A stretch of DNA of 64,000 bases from Paracoccaceae bacterium (GCA_050299335.1 JBNKVT010000021.1:76756-140755); one strand, 5' to 3'. Positions 32,935 through 45,003 are shown, counted from the first letter of the stretch. Made by a program: numbers and translations. The notes: generated by a model from the sequence alone, not told the origin.

Positions 32935-33007
32935 CGTTGATGGTGGGATTCGAACCCACTACCGACAGATTAACAGTCTGCTGCTCTACCCGATGAGCTA
33001 CATCGTC
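32935..33007 (-). tRNA. tRNA-Asn(GTT)-like gene
   Basis: Minus strand: D-arm GCTC/GAGC, anticodon arm GCAGA-CTGTTAA-TCTGT, T-arm GTGGG-TTCGAAT-CCCAC. By eye the acceptor stem shows two mismatches (5' GACGATG vs 3' CATCAAC). Confidence 0.6.
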
Positions 33008-33008
33008 G

Positions 33009-33081
33009 TGGTCGACATGAACGGACTCGAACCGCTGACCTCCGGGTCACCCCCGGCGCTCTACCCCTGAGCTACATCCCG
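33009..33081 (-). tRNA. Second tRNA-like gene (D- and T-arms canonical, CCA encoded; anticodon arm atypical)
   Basis: GCTC-AGGGGTA-GAGC D-arm. AGCGG-TTCGAGT-CCGTT T-arm. 3' CATGTCG-A-CCA. The anticodon region CCGGG-GGTGA-CCCGG gives only a 5-nt loop by eye. Confidence 0.45.
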
Positions 33082-33346
33082 TATCCCGTCACGACCTCGC
33101 GCCCCTGGCATACGGGACTGGCAAGGCCAGCCGCACCGGGGAAGGATCACACCTCCGCCCGCTAGGATCCGTCCGGTCATCGTCGGGAGGCGCTGCATAG
33201 TCCGGCAGCGCGAGTCGGATCAACGCTTCCGAGCCTTCCCCTGCGTCACCCCGCCGCACCGTTGCCGCCCCGCCACAAAAATCGGCCTCCGCGCAACATC
33301 CTATCGCGCTTCCCTTCCGCGCCTTTCGCAGTCTATCCTCTGCCCC

Positions 33347-33778
33347 ATGCGTATCTTGCCACTTCTGCTTGCGGTGCTCCTCGCCGCCCCGCTCACCGCG
33401 CAGCCCTTCCCGGGACCCGACTTTTTCGCCGGCAGCTACGAGGTCACCGGCCGCAGTCCGGGTGCGGACGGGTTGCCGTTTTCCGACTGGCTGCACATCC
33501 AGCCGGAGGCGGGCGCGGAGCCCGACCGGATGATCCTGTCTTCCTGCCGCTCCGGCACCGGCGGCCTCTGGCCCGCTCAGCTCGTCCACGAAGGCCAGGC
33601 TCCCTACGAAGGCCGCCTCGGTGACTGGCAGCTCTTCTGCCGCTTCGCTACCGATAGCGACAACTACCCCCGCCTCACCTGCTACGCGCTCGACAGCGAA
33701 ACCGACGAGATCCCCGGCCTCCTCACATTCTGGCCCGCCCACTGGCCGACGCCCGCCCACGCCGCGTCCTGCGACTGA
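33347..33778 (+). CDS. Secreted hypothetical protein (signal peptide, 4 Cys)
   Basis: MRILPLLLAVLLAAPLTAQP signal peptide. Coding-like composition. Confidence 0.55.
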   Translation: MRILPLLLAVLLAAPLTAQPFPGPDFFAGSYEVTGRSPGADGLPFSDWLHIQPEAGAEPDRMILSSCRSGTGGLWPAQLVHEGQAPYEGRLGDWQLFCRFATDSDNYPRLTCYALDSETDEIPGLLTFWPAHWPTPAHAASCD

Positions 33779-33882
33779 CGCCCCTTTATCCTCCTTCTTG
33801 AAAATACTCCCGCCGGAGGCTCCCGTCCGCGCGCCCCGACCCGAGCGCTGCCCGCCAGTCACGAAACGGACTCCTCTCTCCC

Positions 33883-34289
33883 TGTCAGGGCAGGGCAATT
33901 GCATTTGGGTCCGCCTGTCACGGGAAACCCGCCTGAGGTTCGGTTTCCTCCATTCGAGCCAACCCCCAATCCCGCCCCAAACTCACAATCCCGCCGTCCC
34001 CATCCCTCCCCGCTCCACACCCGCACGGTGCGACCAGCACCGGGCCAAGCCCGACCCATCCGAGGGGCGGGCGCGTTGCTGACGCTCGCTCGGAGCGGCC
34101 CGCTCGGAAGTAACTGCGCCATAAAGTGGTCCGCAGAGGGCTCCGGACAGCGCCCACCCTGGGTCGGGCTTGGCCCTCATTTCGAAGTCCCGGCAGGGCA
34201 GGGCAGATTTCGGGAAGGTGCAGGATCAGGGCGGGCAAAGTGAATGCGAAGGAGACAATACTTTCAGATGCGATTGCCCTGCCCTGTCA
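33883..34289. mobile_element. MITE-like ~410-bp element, copy 1 (TIR ~GACAGGGCAGGGCAAT(T/C)GC)
   Basis: An imperfect 20-28-bp terminal inverted repeat flanks a C/G-rich core with no credible ORF. It is near-identical, in inverted orientation, to 50938-51345. Confidence 0.7.
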
Positions 34290-34406
34290 TGGGGAGGGGC
34301 CGGGGGAGGGGGTTTGTGCATCCGACCCGGCAAAATCCAGGAAACGCACATGAAACCTCAAAATTTCAGAATGATAGCCCGCGCTTCCCAGTGAAATGCC
34401 CCAGCC

Positions 34407-34967
34407 TCACGTCGCTGGCTGCAACGTCCCCGCCTTCACCCGGCAGAACGCATCATGGATTTCATGATACAGGCTCACCCGCTCCTCCGGGCTCAGAAAC
34501 GCCCCCAGCTCGATCTCGCGGCCATTGCCGTCAAGGGTCAGGTAGTTCTCGATCCGGGCGTTTTTATAGAGCTGCAACCTCACCCAGAACGGGTTCGCAT
34601 CCCAGGTCTTCACCCGCCCGAACGGATCGCGCCTTGTGACGGTGATCAGGTCCGGCCAGACATTGACCTCCTCGGTCAGCCGCCCATCATAATAGCTCCG
34701 CTTCAGCGCCAGATAGAGCATCAGCAAAGCCCCTGCCAGGAAGGGGATCAGGAAGGCCCCGACCTTGGTGCCCAGGAGCGGCAGCAGCGGGAAACACATG
34801 GCTGTGGCAGTGAGCCAGAGGATGGTGCGGAACTCGTCCTGGGACAACGACCGGTTCGGCCAGAGCACGAAGGACAGCGCAGGCGGGTCCTCGCGGGGAT
34901 GGTCCCACGCCGGGGCAGCCTTGCCCTCGATGCCGGTACTGTCTGACATGTCGGGCTGATGATCCAT
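34407..34967 (-). CDS. DUF2244 membrane protein (cytochrome oxidase-associated)
   Basis: Two N-terminal TM helices. Typical position next to ctaD in Alphaproteobacteria. Confidence 0.55.
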   Translation of the reverse strand: MDHQPDMSDSTGIEGKAAPAWDHPREDPPALSFVLWPNRSLSQDEFRTILWLTATAMCFPLLPLLGTKVGAFLIPFLAGALLMLYLALKRSYYDGRLTEEVNVWPDLITVTRRDPFGRVKTWDANPFWVRLQLYKNARIENYLTLDGNGREIELGAFLSPEERVSLYHEIHDAFCRVKAGTLQPAT

Positions 34968-35073
34968 CAGGGCCCCTGTCGCTGGTCACACAAATCCTGC
35001 CTCGGCAGTGGAACAAGCCTAGGCCCGGACGGCGAAATAGGCAAGCGACATTCAACGGGACCAAGGTCCGGGT

Positions 35074-35586
35074 TCAAGAGGTCTCACCACCCGCCCGAGG
35101 CCCTCTGAGCAGGGCGTGAGCGACGATTCCGATGAACAGGACAAGGGAAAGCACCGTCAGGAAGGCCCCGACGGACGAGATAAAATTTATCTGCGCAAAC
35201 GCCTCGGGATAGTCGATATACCGCCGCGGCATCCCCTGCCGCCCAAGATAGTACTGCGGAAAGAATGTCAGGCAGATGCCGCCAAACATCATCCAGAACT
35301 GCACCTTGCCCCAGAAAATGGACAAGTGCCGCCCGGTGACCCGCCCGAACCAGTGATAGAAGGCGGCGAAGAACAGGAAAACCGCCCCGAACGACATCAC
35401 ATAGTGAAAATGCGCCACCACGTAATAGGTATCGTGATAGGCGCGGTCGATCGGGGGCCGGTTCAGCTTCCAGCCGATCCAACCGCCCACGGCGATCAGG
35501 AACAGCAGGCCGAAGATCCACAGAAGCGGCAGCTTCACCTCGGCAAGCCCGCGCCACAGGCTCCTGATCCATTCCTGAAACGTCAC
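35074..35586 (-). pseudogene. Truncated duplicate of cytochrome c oxidase subunit I (C-terminal ~170 aa only)
   Basis: [20 protein letters not shown]...[14 protein letters not shown] aligns with residues ~400-560 of the adjacent full-length CtaD. There is no N-terminal heme/Cu-binding portion. Confidence 0.6.
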
Positions 35587-35656
35587 ACCACCCCCCGCTT
35601 CAAGGAAAAGGCCGCAGATCGCGCTGCGGCCTTTTCCAAGTCCAATTCAACCGGTC

Positions 35657-37285
35657 TCAGTGCCCGGGATGCTTGTCCCACATGTCCTGCGTCGGCAGCG
35701 TCTCGAACGTGTGTTCGGGCGGCGGATTGGGCAGGGTCCATTCAAGGGTGTCGGCATATTCGCCCCAGTAATCCGGCTCGGTCACCAGCGCCCCTTTGCG
35801 GAGCGTGTAGAAGACGATGCCGAAGAACAGCAGGAAGGACGCACCAGAGATGAACGCCCCGATGGACGAGACGAAGTTCCACTGGGCGAACTGCTCGGGG
35901 TAGTCAATATACCGCCGCGGCATCCCCTGCCGCCCGAGGAAGTGCTGCGGGAAGAATGTCAGGTTGGCGCCGATGAACATCATCCAGAAATGCACCTTGC
36001 CCCACATCTCGGGATATTGCCTGCCGGACATCTTGCCGATCCAGTAATAGGCCCCGGCGAAGATGCCGAAGACGGCACCGAGGCTCATCACATAGTGGAA
36101 ATGGGCGACGACATAGTAGGTGTCGTGATAGGCCCGGTCGATGGGCGCCTGGGACAGCACCACGCCGGTCACACCGCCAACGGTGAACAGGAACAGGAAG
36201 CCGATGGCCCAGAGCATCGGCGTCTTCAGCTCGATCGAGCCGCCCCACATGGTGGCGATCCACGAGAAGATCTTCACGCCCGTCGGCACCGCGATCACCA
36301 TCGTCGCCAGCATGAAATAGCTCTGCTGCCGGACCGACATGCCGACCGTGTACATATGGTGCGCCCAGACAACAAAGCCCAGCGCCCCGATGGCGATCAT
36401 CGCAAAGACCATCGGCAGATAGCCGAAGATCGGCTTTTTCGAGAAGGTCGCAATGACATGGGACACGATCCCGAAGGCCGGCACGATGACGATATAGACC
36501 TCGGGATGGCCGAAGAACCACAGGATGTGCTGATAGAGGATCGGGTCGCCGCCACCGGCCGCATCGAAGAAGGTGGTGCCGAAATTCCGGTCGGTCAGCA
36601 ACATGGTGATGGCGCCCGCCAGCACCGGCAGCGACAGAAGGATCAGGAAGGCTGTGACCATGATCGACCAGGCGAAAAGCGGAACCTTGAACAGCGTCAT
36701 GCCCGGGGCGCGCATATTCAGGAAGGTTGTAATCATGTTGATCGCACCAAGGATCGACGAGGCCCCCGACAGGTGCACGGCGAAGATCGCGAGGTCCGTG
36801 GACCAGCCCGCTTCGTTTGTCGATAGCGGCGCGTAAAGCACCCAGCCGATGCCCGATCCAAGCTGCCCGTTACCGCCCGGTGACACCACTGACAGCACCG
36901 CCAGCGAGGACCCCGCGACATACAGCCAGAACGAGAGGTTGTTCATCCGCGGGAAGGCCATGTCGGGCGCGCCGATCATCAGCGGCATGAAATAGTTGCC
37001 GAAACCGCCGAAAAGCGCCGGAATGACCACGAAGAACATCATCAGGATGCCGTGGGCGGTCACCATGACGTTCCACAGATGGCCGTTCGGTTCGCCGTCG
37101 AGCAGCATGTACTGCACGCCCGGCTCCATCAGTTCCAGCCGCATATACATGGTGAAGGCGACCGAGATGAAGCCAAGCGCCGCCGAGACCACCAGATAGA
37201 GGATACCGATATCCTTGTGGTTGGTGGACATGAACCAGCGGGTGAAGAAGCCGCGTTCGTCGTGATGTGCCGTTGCGTCAGCCAT
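35657..37285 (-). CDS. ctaD: Cytochrome c oxidase subunit I (aa3-type)
   Basis: The start was reset to [27 protein letters not shown]. Conserved His ligands and the GHPEVY motif are present. Confidence 0.9.
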   Translation of the reverse strand: MADATAHHDERGFFTRWFMSTNHKDIGILYLVVSAALGFISVAFTMYMRLELMEPGVQYMLLDGEPNGHLWNVMVTAHGILMMFFVVIPALFGGFGNYFMPLMIGAPDMAFPRMNNLSFWLYVAGSSLAVLSVVSPGGNGQLGSGIGWVLYAPLSTNEAGWSTDLAIFAVHLSGASSILGAINMITTFLNMRAPGMTLFKVPLFAWSIMVTAFLILLSLPVLAGAITMLLTDRNFGTTFFDAAGGGDPILYQHILWFFGHPEVYIVIVPAFGIVSHVIATFSKKPIFGYLPMVFAMIAIGALGFVVWAHHMYTVGMSVRQQSYFMLATMVIAVPTGVKIFSWIATMWGGSIELKTPMLWAIGFLFLFTVGGVTGVVLSQAPIDRAYHDTYYVVAHFHYVMSLGAVFGIFAGAYYWIGKMSGRQYPEMWGKVHFWMMFIGANLTFFPQHFLGRQGMPRRYIDYPEQFAQWNFVSSIGAFISGASFLLFFGIVFYTLRKGALVTEPDYWGEYADTLEWTLPNPPPEHTFETLPTQDMWDKHPGH

Positions 37286-37502
37286 TCGTTTAAGTCTCCC
37301 GAGACCCTTGACGGTCGTTCCGGTGCCGCATGAGACAGGCAAGGCGGAACCCGCCTGCCGCGGCACGAATTTGCCCGGCACCATAGTGACCCGGACCCGA
37401 TTGCTCAAGCCAAATGCGCCGGACCCGGCGGTCGAATTGTCGCGGTCGCAATGGTTAAAATACCGTGAAATTGCCGTAGGTTTCGCCGCCCGGGCGGCGT
37501 TT

Positions 37503-38249
37503 TCAGTCTCCGAGACGCCGCCGTGCCGATTTCGCCAGCATCACCAGCCTCGGCAGGGCCTGGACGGAATCCTCCAGCGGCCTGTCGAACCACAGCCGCC
37601 TTGCCGCGTCGCCCAGCACCAGATCGATCCCCTCGGCATCGATCCCCGTCAGCCGCCAGTTGCCGGGCTCGGCACCTGCGAGACGGGCATAGAGGGAAAC
37701 CGCATCGGAATGGTCGGCATTCATGTGATCGAGAATTCCGGGCTCGGCGGTGGCGAGACCTGCGCAGTCCGGGGCCAGAAGATCGCTGCCGGTCAGCTCA
37801 AATGCCTTGCCGAACCCGCCATTGAGCGCGGCCCGCTCCAGCTGGATGCGCCAGAAGGCGAAATCGGGAAAATCGGCGTAGAGAGCGGATTTGGGCTGGC
37901 GGGAAAGCACCCGGGCGCGGGCCTGCGCCCGGTCGTCTCCTGCCAGCATTTCCGCCTTTCCGATCAAGGTGATACGCGGATGCGCCAGCGGATCTCCCTT
38001 TCCGGGCTCGCCGACCAGCAGCGAGGCCCGGGAATCGGCCTCAAGAGCGGCGAAATGGCCCGAAAGCCGCGAGATCAGGATTAGGGGATGGCCGGCATGA
38101 TCGGTGGCCAGTGCCACGCGGCTGGCCAGGGGGCTGCCTGTAGTGGGATCGAGGCAGGCGAGCGCGCCGAAACGGGCGGTGCGCAGAAGGGTCTTGGCCA
38201 GTCTTCTGGCCTCGTCATCGGTCGGGCGGAGCGTTTCTGGCGGTGGCAT
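37503..38249 (-). CDS. HugZ-like / pyridoxamine-5'-phosphate-oxidase-related protein with a DUF2470-like C-terminal domain
   Basis: FGALACLDP...[14 protein letters not shown] split-barrel pattern. Confidence 0.5.
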   Translation of the reverse strand: MPPPETLRPTDDEARRLAKTLLRTARFGALACLDPTTGSPLASRVALATDHAGHPLILISRLSGHFAALEADSRASLLVGEPGKGDPLAHPRITLIGKAEMLAGDDRAQARARVLSRQPKSALYADFPDFAFWRIQLERAALNGGFGKAFELTGSDLLAPDCAGLATAEPGILDHMNADHSDAVSLYARLAGAEPGNWRLTGIDAEGIDLVLGDAARRLWFDRPLEDSVQALPRLVMLAKSARRRLGD

Positions 38250-38285
38250 CGTCGTTCAGGTCAGCCTTCCGGTCAGCGCAGGGAA

Positions 38286-38807
38286 TCAGCCGCCGATCAG
38301 CGGCCCCTGAGCCCCGCGCTGTCCGAGGACCTGGACCCACCACAGCTTGCCGTTGGTTTCCTGATACCAGCCGAAACCGATCTCGTTCGAACGCGGATTG
38401 GCCATGACGCGGCGGGTGGAGGGGTCTGACAGCCAGCTCTGGATCAGGGTGAACTCGTCGTCGAAGCTTTCGGAGATATTCTCGCCGGTCACCTGCCCGC
38501 GATACCCGGCGCGGTCGGCGCGGTCCTTGGGCGAGGTGCCGTCCGATCCGAAATGCCAGGCGCGTTTCTGCACCGACATGTCGCGGGCATGGGTGCGCGC
38601 GGCGGCGGTCAGTTCGGGCGAGACCTGCACCGGACCCATGCCGTTCTCGGCGCGAAAGGCGTTCACGGTATCGACATGGCGGGTGATGATGGCGTCGGTG
38701 TCCCGCGGCGAAATGATCGGCACGCCGCCTGCGCCGGTGGTCGGGGTCGGATCGCAGCCGGCAAGTGCGAGGGGGACAAGTACGACAAGGAACAGGGCAC
38801 GAATCAT
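38286..38807 (-). CDS. CAP/SCP (PR-1-like) domain lipoprotein
   Basis: Lipobox LALAGC. CAP-domain motifs (HVDTVNAFRAENG..., GENI, FGW). Confidence 0.6.
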   Translation of the reverse strand: MIRALFLVVLVPLALAGCDPTPTTGAGGVPIISPRDTDAIITRHVDTVNAFRAENGMGPVQVSPELTAAARTHARDMSVQKRAWHFGSDGTSPKDRADRAGYRGQVTGENISESFDDEFTLIQSWLSDPSTRRVMANPRSNEIGFGWYQETNGKLWWVQVLGQRGAQGPLIGG

Positions 38808-39007
38808 GAAATGGCTCTTCTTGGGACTGTGGCAACAGACTGCTGCTCGGCGCATGCTCTAGCGCGATTGGCGCATGGATTCAAACGCATCTTGGCGCTT
38901 GGCAAAAAAGTGACACCGATCTGTCACGCGACACCGTGAATCGCCTTGATCCGGCGAATCATGCTAGGGTCCGGACTTTCCGGATTGGCCAGATTGAGTA
39001 GTGGATC

Positions 39008-39655
39008 ATGAGCGACAACACCGACACCAGACTAGACCGCCGCAGCTTTGCAAGACTGACGGCGGGATTCGGCCTGAGCGCGGCCGGCCTTCTGACCGGC
39101 GCCTGCTCGACCGCCTCCGATATCGCCGCACCTGCGGACGAGAGCCTCTCCAGCCGCGGGTCCGAGCCCCTGCCGGGCACGGGCGCCGAGCTCGACCGCC
39201 GGGTCTCGGGTTTCTCCGCGATGCGGTGGCAGGACCATTTCAGCTCGCTTTCAGGTGGCGCGATCCTGGTGGATATTTCCTCTCGGTCGCTACATTTCTG
39301 GCCCGCTGACGGGTCGTATTACAAGGTCTACCCGACCTCGGTGCCACTGACCCAGGAAATGACCCGCAGGGGCCGGACCTCGATTGTGCGCAAGCAGGTC
39401 GGACCGGATTGGCGCCCGACCCCGAACATGTTGCAGCGTGATCCGAGCCTGCCGCCTTATGTCGGCCCCGGCCCGCAGAACCCTCTGGGGACCCATGCGC
39501 TCTATCTCGGCTGGACCTATTACCGGATTCACGGCACCAACGACACCCGCAAGATCGGGCGGAAATCCTCGAATGGCTGTATCGGGCTCTATAACGAGCA
39601 TATCGCCGAACTGTTCGAGGCCACCAGGGTCGGCACCCAGGTCAAGGTCGTCTGA
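39008..39655 (+). CDS. L,D-transpeptidase (YkuD family) with a Tat signal
   Basis: RRSFARL twin-Arg motif. Catalytic HGT...SNGCIGL. Confidence 0.75.
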   Translation: MSDNTDTRLDRRSFARLTAGFGLSAAGLLTGACSTASDIAAPADESLSSRGSEPLPGTGAELDRRVSGFSAMRWQDHFSSLSGGAILVDISSRSLHFWPADGSYYKVYPTSVPLTQEMTRRGRTSIVRKQVGPDWRPTPNMLQRDPSLPPYVGPGPQNPLGTHALYLGWTYYRIHGTNDTRKIGRKSSNGCIGLYNEHIAELFEATRVGTQVKVV

Positions 39656-39879
39656 CCGGTCGGCCGTCGTCCATTGCCGCTGTGCTCGGTCAGACGACCT
39701 CGGGCCGGATGGTGGTCAGCAAAGGTCCGATGTCTTGCACACAGGCCACAGTTTGCGATTTTATACTGGCCCTGCATTGCGTCGGTTGCATCCGCGAGGC
39801 TTGTCGAGGTAAGTGGGGCGGGTATCAACCGGCTCGCCGTGTCATCATCGGGTAATTCTGGGGCCAACAGGAGAAGAAC

Positions 39880-40116
39880 ATGAAAATCGTAGCCTATACC
39901 GCCGCCGCCATCATCGCCGCCGGCACCGCCGTCGCCGGCACCCTGGTCTTCGAGGCCGAGGAAGAACAGGAAATCGTCGTCGTCGAGGACGAGCCGATGG
40001 GCAGCTCCAACGCCGCCTGGGTGGTGCCGCTTCTCGCCATCGCCGTGATCGGGCTGGCCATCGCCTCCAGCGGCGACGACGATGACGACGACAGCGATCC
40101 GTCCGTGCGTGGATGA
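39880..40116 (+). CDS. Small acidic membrane-associated hypothetical protein (78 aa)
   Basis: GGAGAAG RBS. Two hydrophobic segments. Poly-Asp C-terminus. Confidence 0.4.
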   Translation: MKIVAYTAAAIIAAGTAVAGTLVFEAEEEQEIVVVEDEPMGSSNAAWVVPLLAIAVIGLAIASSGDDDDDDSDPSVRG

Positions 40117-40386
40117 TTTGTGGGTTTCAGCCCGGGTCGCGTCGCAGCGGTCGTCAGGTAAAGACATGAGAGGCGAGCCTGTTTGGCTCGCCTTCCTTTT
40201 TTACACGCACGTGGGTGCCTTCCTTTGGTGCCAGCCGGACCCGGAAAGGTATTTCCGGTTAACTCCGCCCCCTTGGACCGTAGGTCGCCGGATCGTCTTT
40301 CCTTGGGCAACTTACCGCTATTGAAATGCGCGTTGTCCGATACCGGTCGTCGCATGCGTTGCTGCGGCCACGCCCTGCGGACAGGG

Positions 40387-40797
40387 TCATTGCGTCTCCC
40401 ACGACGGTATCCGGTCCAGAGTCCGAAGCCAGGAGACCATCGATCTGGTCCAGTATTGCCGGGAAGGGACAAGCCGGTCGCGCTGGCGGATGGCGCCGGT
40501 CCTGAGACCGAGGCTGCGCGGCGACGGGTCCGCCGGGTCGGAGGTGGCCCAGAGCCCGGTACCGCAATCGCCGCAAAAGACCTGCTGGCGGATGCGCCCG
40601 CTTTCGGCGGTCTTGAGATAGACCTTCGGGGTTCCGGTCAGCAGGGTGAAATCCTCTTCCCGGCAGGGGGCGACGGTGCGAAAGGCCGCCGAGCCGAAGG
40701 TCTGGCAGTCGGTGCAATGGCAGATGCGAACCTTGGCCGGATCAATCTCGGCCCTGTAGGTGATCGCGCCACAATGGCAGGCGCCGTCGATTTGCAT
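40387..40797 (-). CDS. GFA (glutathione-dependent formaldehyde-activating / CENP-V) family protein
   Basis: CHCGAITY...CHCTDCQ...CGDCG zinc-site pattern. Confidence 0.7.
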   Translation of the reverse strand: MQIDGACHCGAITYRAEIDPAKVRICHCTDCQTFGSAAFRTVAPCREEDFTLLTGTPKVYLKTAESGRIRQQVFCGDCGTGLWATSDPADPSPRSLGLRTGAIRQRDRLVPSRQYWTRSMVSWLRTLDRIPSWETQ

Positions 40798-40824
40798 GAT
40801 ATGCCCTTTCCGCCTTCTTCGCCC

Positions 40825-42590
<1,766 letters not shown>

Positions 42591-42665
42591 TTAAAGCGAG
42601 TCCCGAAAGGCCTTTGGGACGGCGACCGGTTGCCCGGTCCGATCGGGACCGGCGGCGTGGCGGGT

Positions 42666-43664
42666 TCAGACCAGCCGCGCGACCACGAAATCCGCCAGAT
42701 CGGCCAGAAGCCGCTTCAGGTCGCCGCCCGGCAGGGGCCCCAGCGCCGATTTCGCCGTTCCGGCCCAGTTCAGCGCCCGCGTCCGTGTTGCCTCCAGCGC
42801 TCCGTGCCGGCCCATCAGCTCCAGTGCCCGCTCCAGATCCTCGTCCCGCTGATCTCCCTTTTCGATCACCCGCGCCCAGAACGCGCGCTCTTCGGCATCC
42901 GCCTCGGCCACCGCCAGGATCACCGGCAGGGTGATCTTGCGCTCGCGGAAATCGTCGCCGACATTCTTGCCCAGCCGCTTCGACGAGCCGCCATAATCCA
43001 GCAAATCGTCGACGATCTGAAAGGCGATCCCCAGCGCGTCGCCGTAGTCGCGCAACGCCGTCACCTGATCCTCCGGGGCGTCGGCTATCACCCCGCCGAC
43101 CTCGCAGGCCGCCGCGAACAGAGCCGCCGTCTTGCCTCGGATCACCTGCATATAGGTGGCCTCCGGGGTTGAAAGCCTGGAGGCCACCGACAATTGCAGC
43201 ACCTCGCCCTCGGCGATCACCGCCGAGGCATTGGCCAGGATATCCAGCACCCTGAGTGAGCCGGTCTCGACCATCAGCTGGAACGAGCGCGAGAACAGGT
43301 AGTCCCCCACCAGCACCGAGGACTGATTGTCCCAAAGCAGGTTCGCCGTCGGCCGCCCCCGCCGCTGATCGCTTTCGTCGACCACGTCGTCATGCAGGAG
43401 CGTCGCGGTATGGATGAACTCCACAGTCGCCGCCAGCCGGATATGGTCCTCGCCGGCATAGCCGCACAGGCGTGCCGCCGCCAGGGTCAGGAGCGGGCGC
43501 AGCCGCTTGCCGCCGGCTTCGACCAGATGGGCGGTGACCTCCGGGATGCGCGGGGCGTGTTCGGAGGCCATCCTTGTGCGGATCAGCCCGTTCACCCGCT
43601 CCATGTCCGGCGCCATCAGCGCCGAGAGCTGTTCGAAGGCATTGATCGGGGTCTCGACCGTCAT
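42666..43664 (-). CDS. ispB: Polyprenyl (octaprenyl) diphosphate synthase
   Basis: DDVVD and DDLLD aspartate-rich motifs. The start was reset to MTVETP. Confidence 0.8.
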   Translation of the reverse strand: MTVETPINAFEQLSALMAPDMERVNGLIRTRMASEHAPRIPEVTAHLVEAGGKRLRPLLTLAAARLCGYAGEDHIRLAATVEFIHTATLLHDDVVDESDQRRGRPTANLLWDNQSSVLVGDYLFSRSFQLMVETGSLRVLDILANASAVIAEGEVLQLSVASRLSTPEATYMQVIRGKTAALFAAACEVGGVIADAPEDQVTALRDYGDALGIAFQIVDDLLDYGGSSKRLGKNVGDDFRERKITLPVILAVAEADAEERAFWARVIEKGDQRDEDLERALELMGRHGALEATRTRALNWAGTAKSALGPLPGGDLKRLLADLADFVVARLV

Positions 43665-43703
43665 CGCTCGACCTCCGGTGCCGGAGCCCCTAGATTGATC
43701 CCC

Positions 43704-43925
43704 ATGAAAGAGCTTCTCCGGACCACCGACCCCACGATCATCTCCTTTGCCACCGCCCTGTTGCGGGCCGAGGATATAGAGGCCTTTGTCCTCGACGTCC
43801 ATATGAGCGTCCTCGAAGGCGGTATCGGCGCCTTCCCCCGGCGGCTTGCCGTCGCCGACGAACATCTGGGCGAGGCCCGCGCCATCCTCGCCGCCAACGG
43901 CATCGACCTCCCGGACGCCCCGTGA
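43704..43925 (+). CDS. DUF2007-like small protein
   Basis: 73 aa. Divergent from ispB. Its stop overlaps the next start. Confidence 0.45.
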   Translation: MKELLRTTDPTIISFATALLRAEDIEAFVLDVHMSVLEGGIGAFPRRLAVADEHLGEARAILAANGIDLPDAP

Positions 43926-44689
43926 GCGCCGTCCCGACCCCCGGCCTCACCAACGACGCCTTCCTCGGAGGCCGCCTGCACCTCAACCAGCCCGCCCAGG
44001 GCTACCGCGCCGCCACCGACCCCGTCCTTCTGGCCGCCGCCGTTCCGGCAAGCCCCGGCCAGTCGGTGCTCGAACTTGGCTGCGGGGCGGGCGCGGCGAT
44101 TCTCTGCCTGATGGCGCGGGTGGAGGGTCTGGACGCCCATGGTCTCGAACTTCAGCCCTTCTATGCCGGCCTTGCGCGGCGGAATGCCGACGAAAACGCA
44201 CTCCGGCTGACGGTTCATGACGGCGACCTCGGCGAGATGCCCGCCGGGTTGCGCGGACGTTCCTTCGATCATGTCCTCGCCAACCCGCCCTTTCACCGCA
44301 CGGACGATAGCGGCGCCGAAGACCCGGGCCGCGATACCGCGCATCGGGAGGGCGGGCGCGATCTTGCCGATTGGATCGATGCCGGGTTGCGACGATTGAA
44401 GCCGAAAGGCTGGCTCAGCCTCATCCACCGCACCGCAAGGCTGGGCGAGATGCTGGCCGCGCTCGAGGGAAGGGCCGGCGATATCCGCGTCCTGCCGCTG
44501 GCCGCCCGTCAGGGACGCGCCGCCGAGCGGGTGATCCTGCTGGCCCGCAAGGGCACCCGCGGCGCCCTGTCGCTGCTGCCGCCCTTTGTATTGCATGAGG
44601 GCGATTCCCATATCCGTGACGGGGTCGGATTCTCGCCGGCGGCGGAGGCGGTTTTACGTTTTGGTAACAGTTTGCCACTTAGCCTCTGA
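43922..44689 (+). CDS. SAM-dependent methyltransferase, tRNA1(Val) m6A37 methyltransferase-like (YfiC/TrmN6 family)
   Basis: GCGAGA SAM motif. NPPF catalytic motif. Confidence 0.65.
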   Translation: MSAVPTPGLTNDAFLGGRLHLNQPAQGYRAATDPVLLAAAVPASPGQSVLELGCGAGAAILCLMARVEGLDAHGLELQPFYAGLARRNADENALRLTVHDGDLGEMPAGLRGRSFDHVLANPPFHRTDDSGAEDPGRDTAHREGGRDLADWIDAGLRRLKPKGWLSLIHRTARLGEMLAALEGRAGDIRVLPLAARQGRAAERVILLARKGTRGALSLLPPFVLHEGDSHIRDGVGFSPAAEAVLRFGNSLPLSL

Positions 44690-44778
44690 CCCGGTCACGC
44701 GGCGCTCAGTTTCCGTGACTTTTAGCGCGTTCTGTGCTGCAATACCTGGCACTGAACCAGATTCGAAGGGAGGCATAT

Positions 44779-44952
44779 ATGAGCTTGAGTTCTCACCTGG
44801 AGGAACTGCGGAAAAAACACGAAATGCTGGCGGCTCAGATCGAGGAGGAGGAAAGGCATCCCGCCGCAGACGACCTGGAAATCCGTGAACTCAAACGCCT
44901 GAAACTGCATATCAAGGAAGAAATCGCGCGCAAAACCCAGCAAGTGGCCTAG
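44779..44952 (+). CDS. DUF465 (YdcH-like) small protein
   Basis: AAGGGAGG RBS. HLEELRKKHEML...ELKRLKLHIKEEI matches the DUF465 core. Confidence 0.55.
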   Translation: MSLSSHLEELRKKHEMLAAQIEEEERHPAADDLEIRELKRLKLHIKEEIARKTQQVA

Positions 44953-45003
44953 GCCCCGACGCGACGTTCAATAGCCGGGTCCGGCGAATCGGGCCCGCCG
45001 CGC

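Noticed and set aside
33089-33904. 271-aa minus-strand ORF
   Set aside because: It runs across the tRNA promoter region and antisense to the secreted-protein gene. G/A-rich low complexity.
33918-34238. ORFs inside the MITE-like copies (for example MPALILHLPE..., MRAKPDPG...) in both copies
   Set aside because: They appear on opposite strands in the two inverted copies and are short and compositionally biased. They mirror the repeat, not genes.
35116-36826. Plus-strand ORFs antisense to ctaD and its fragment (245 and 388 aa)
   Set aside because: They are antisense to a highly conserved cytochrome oxidase frame.
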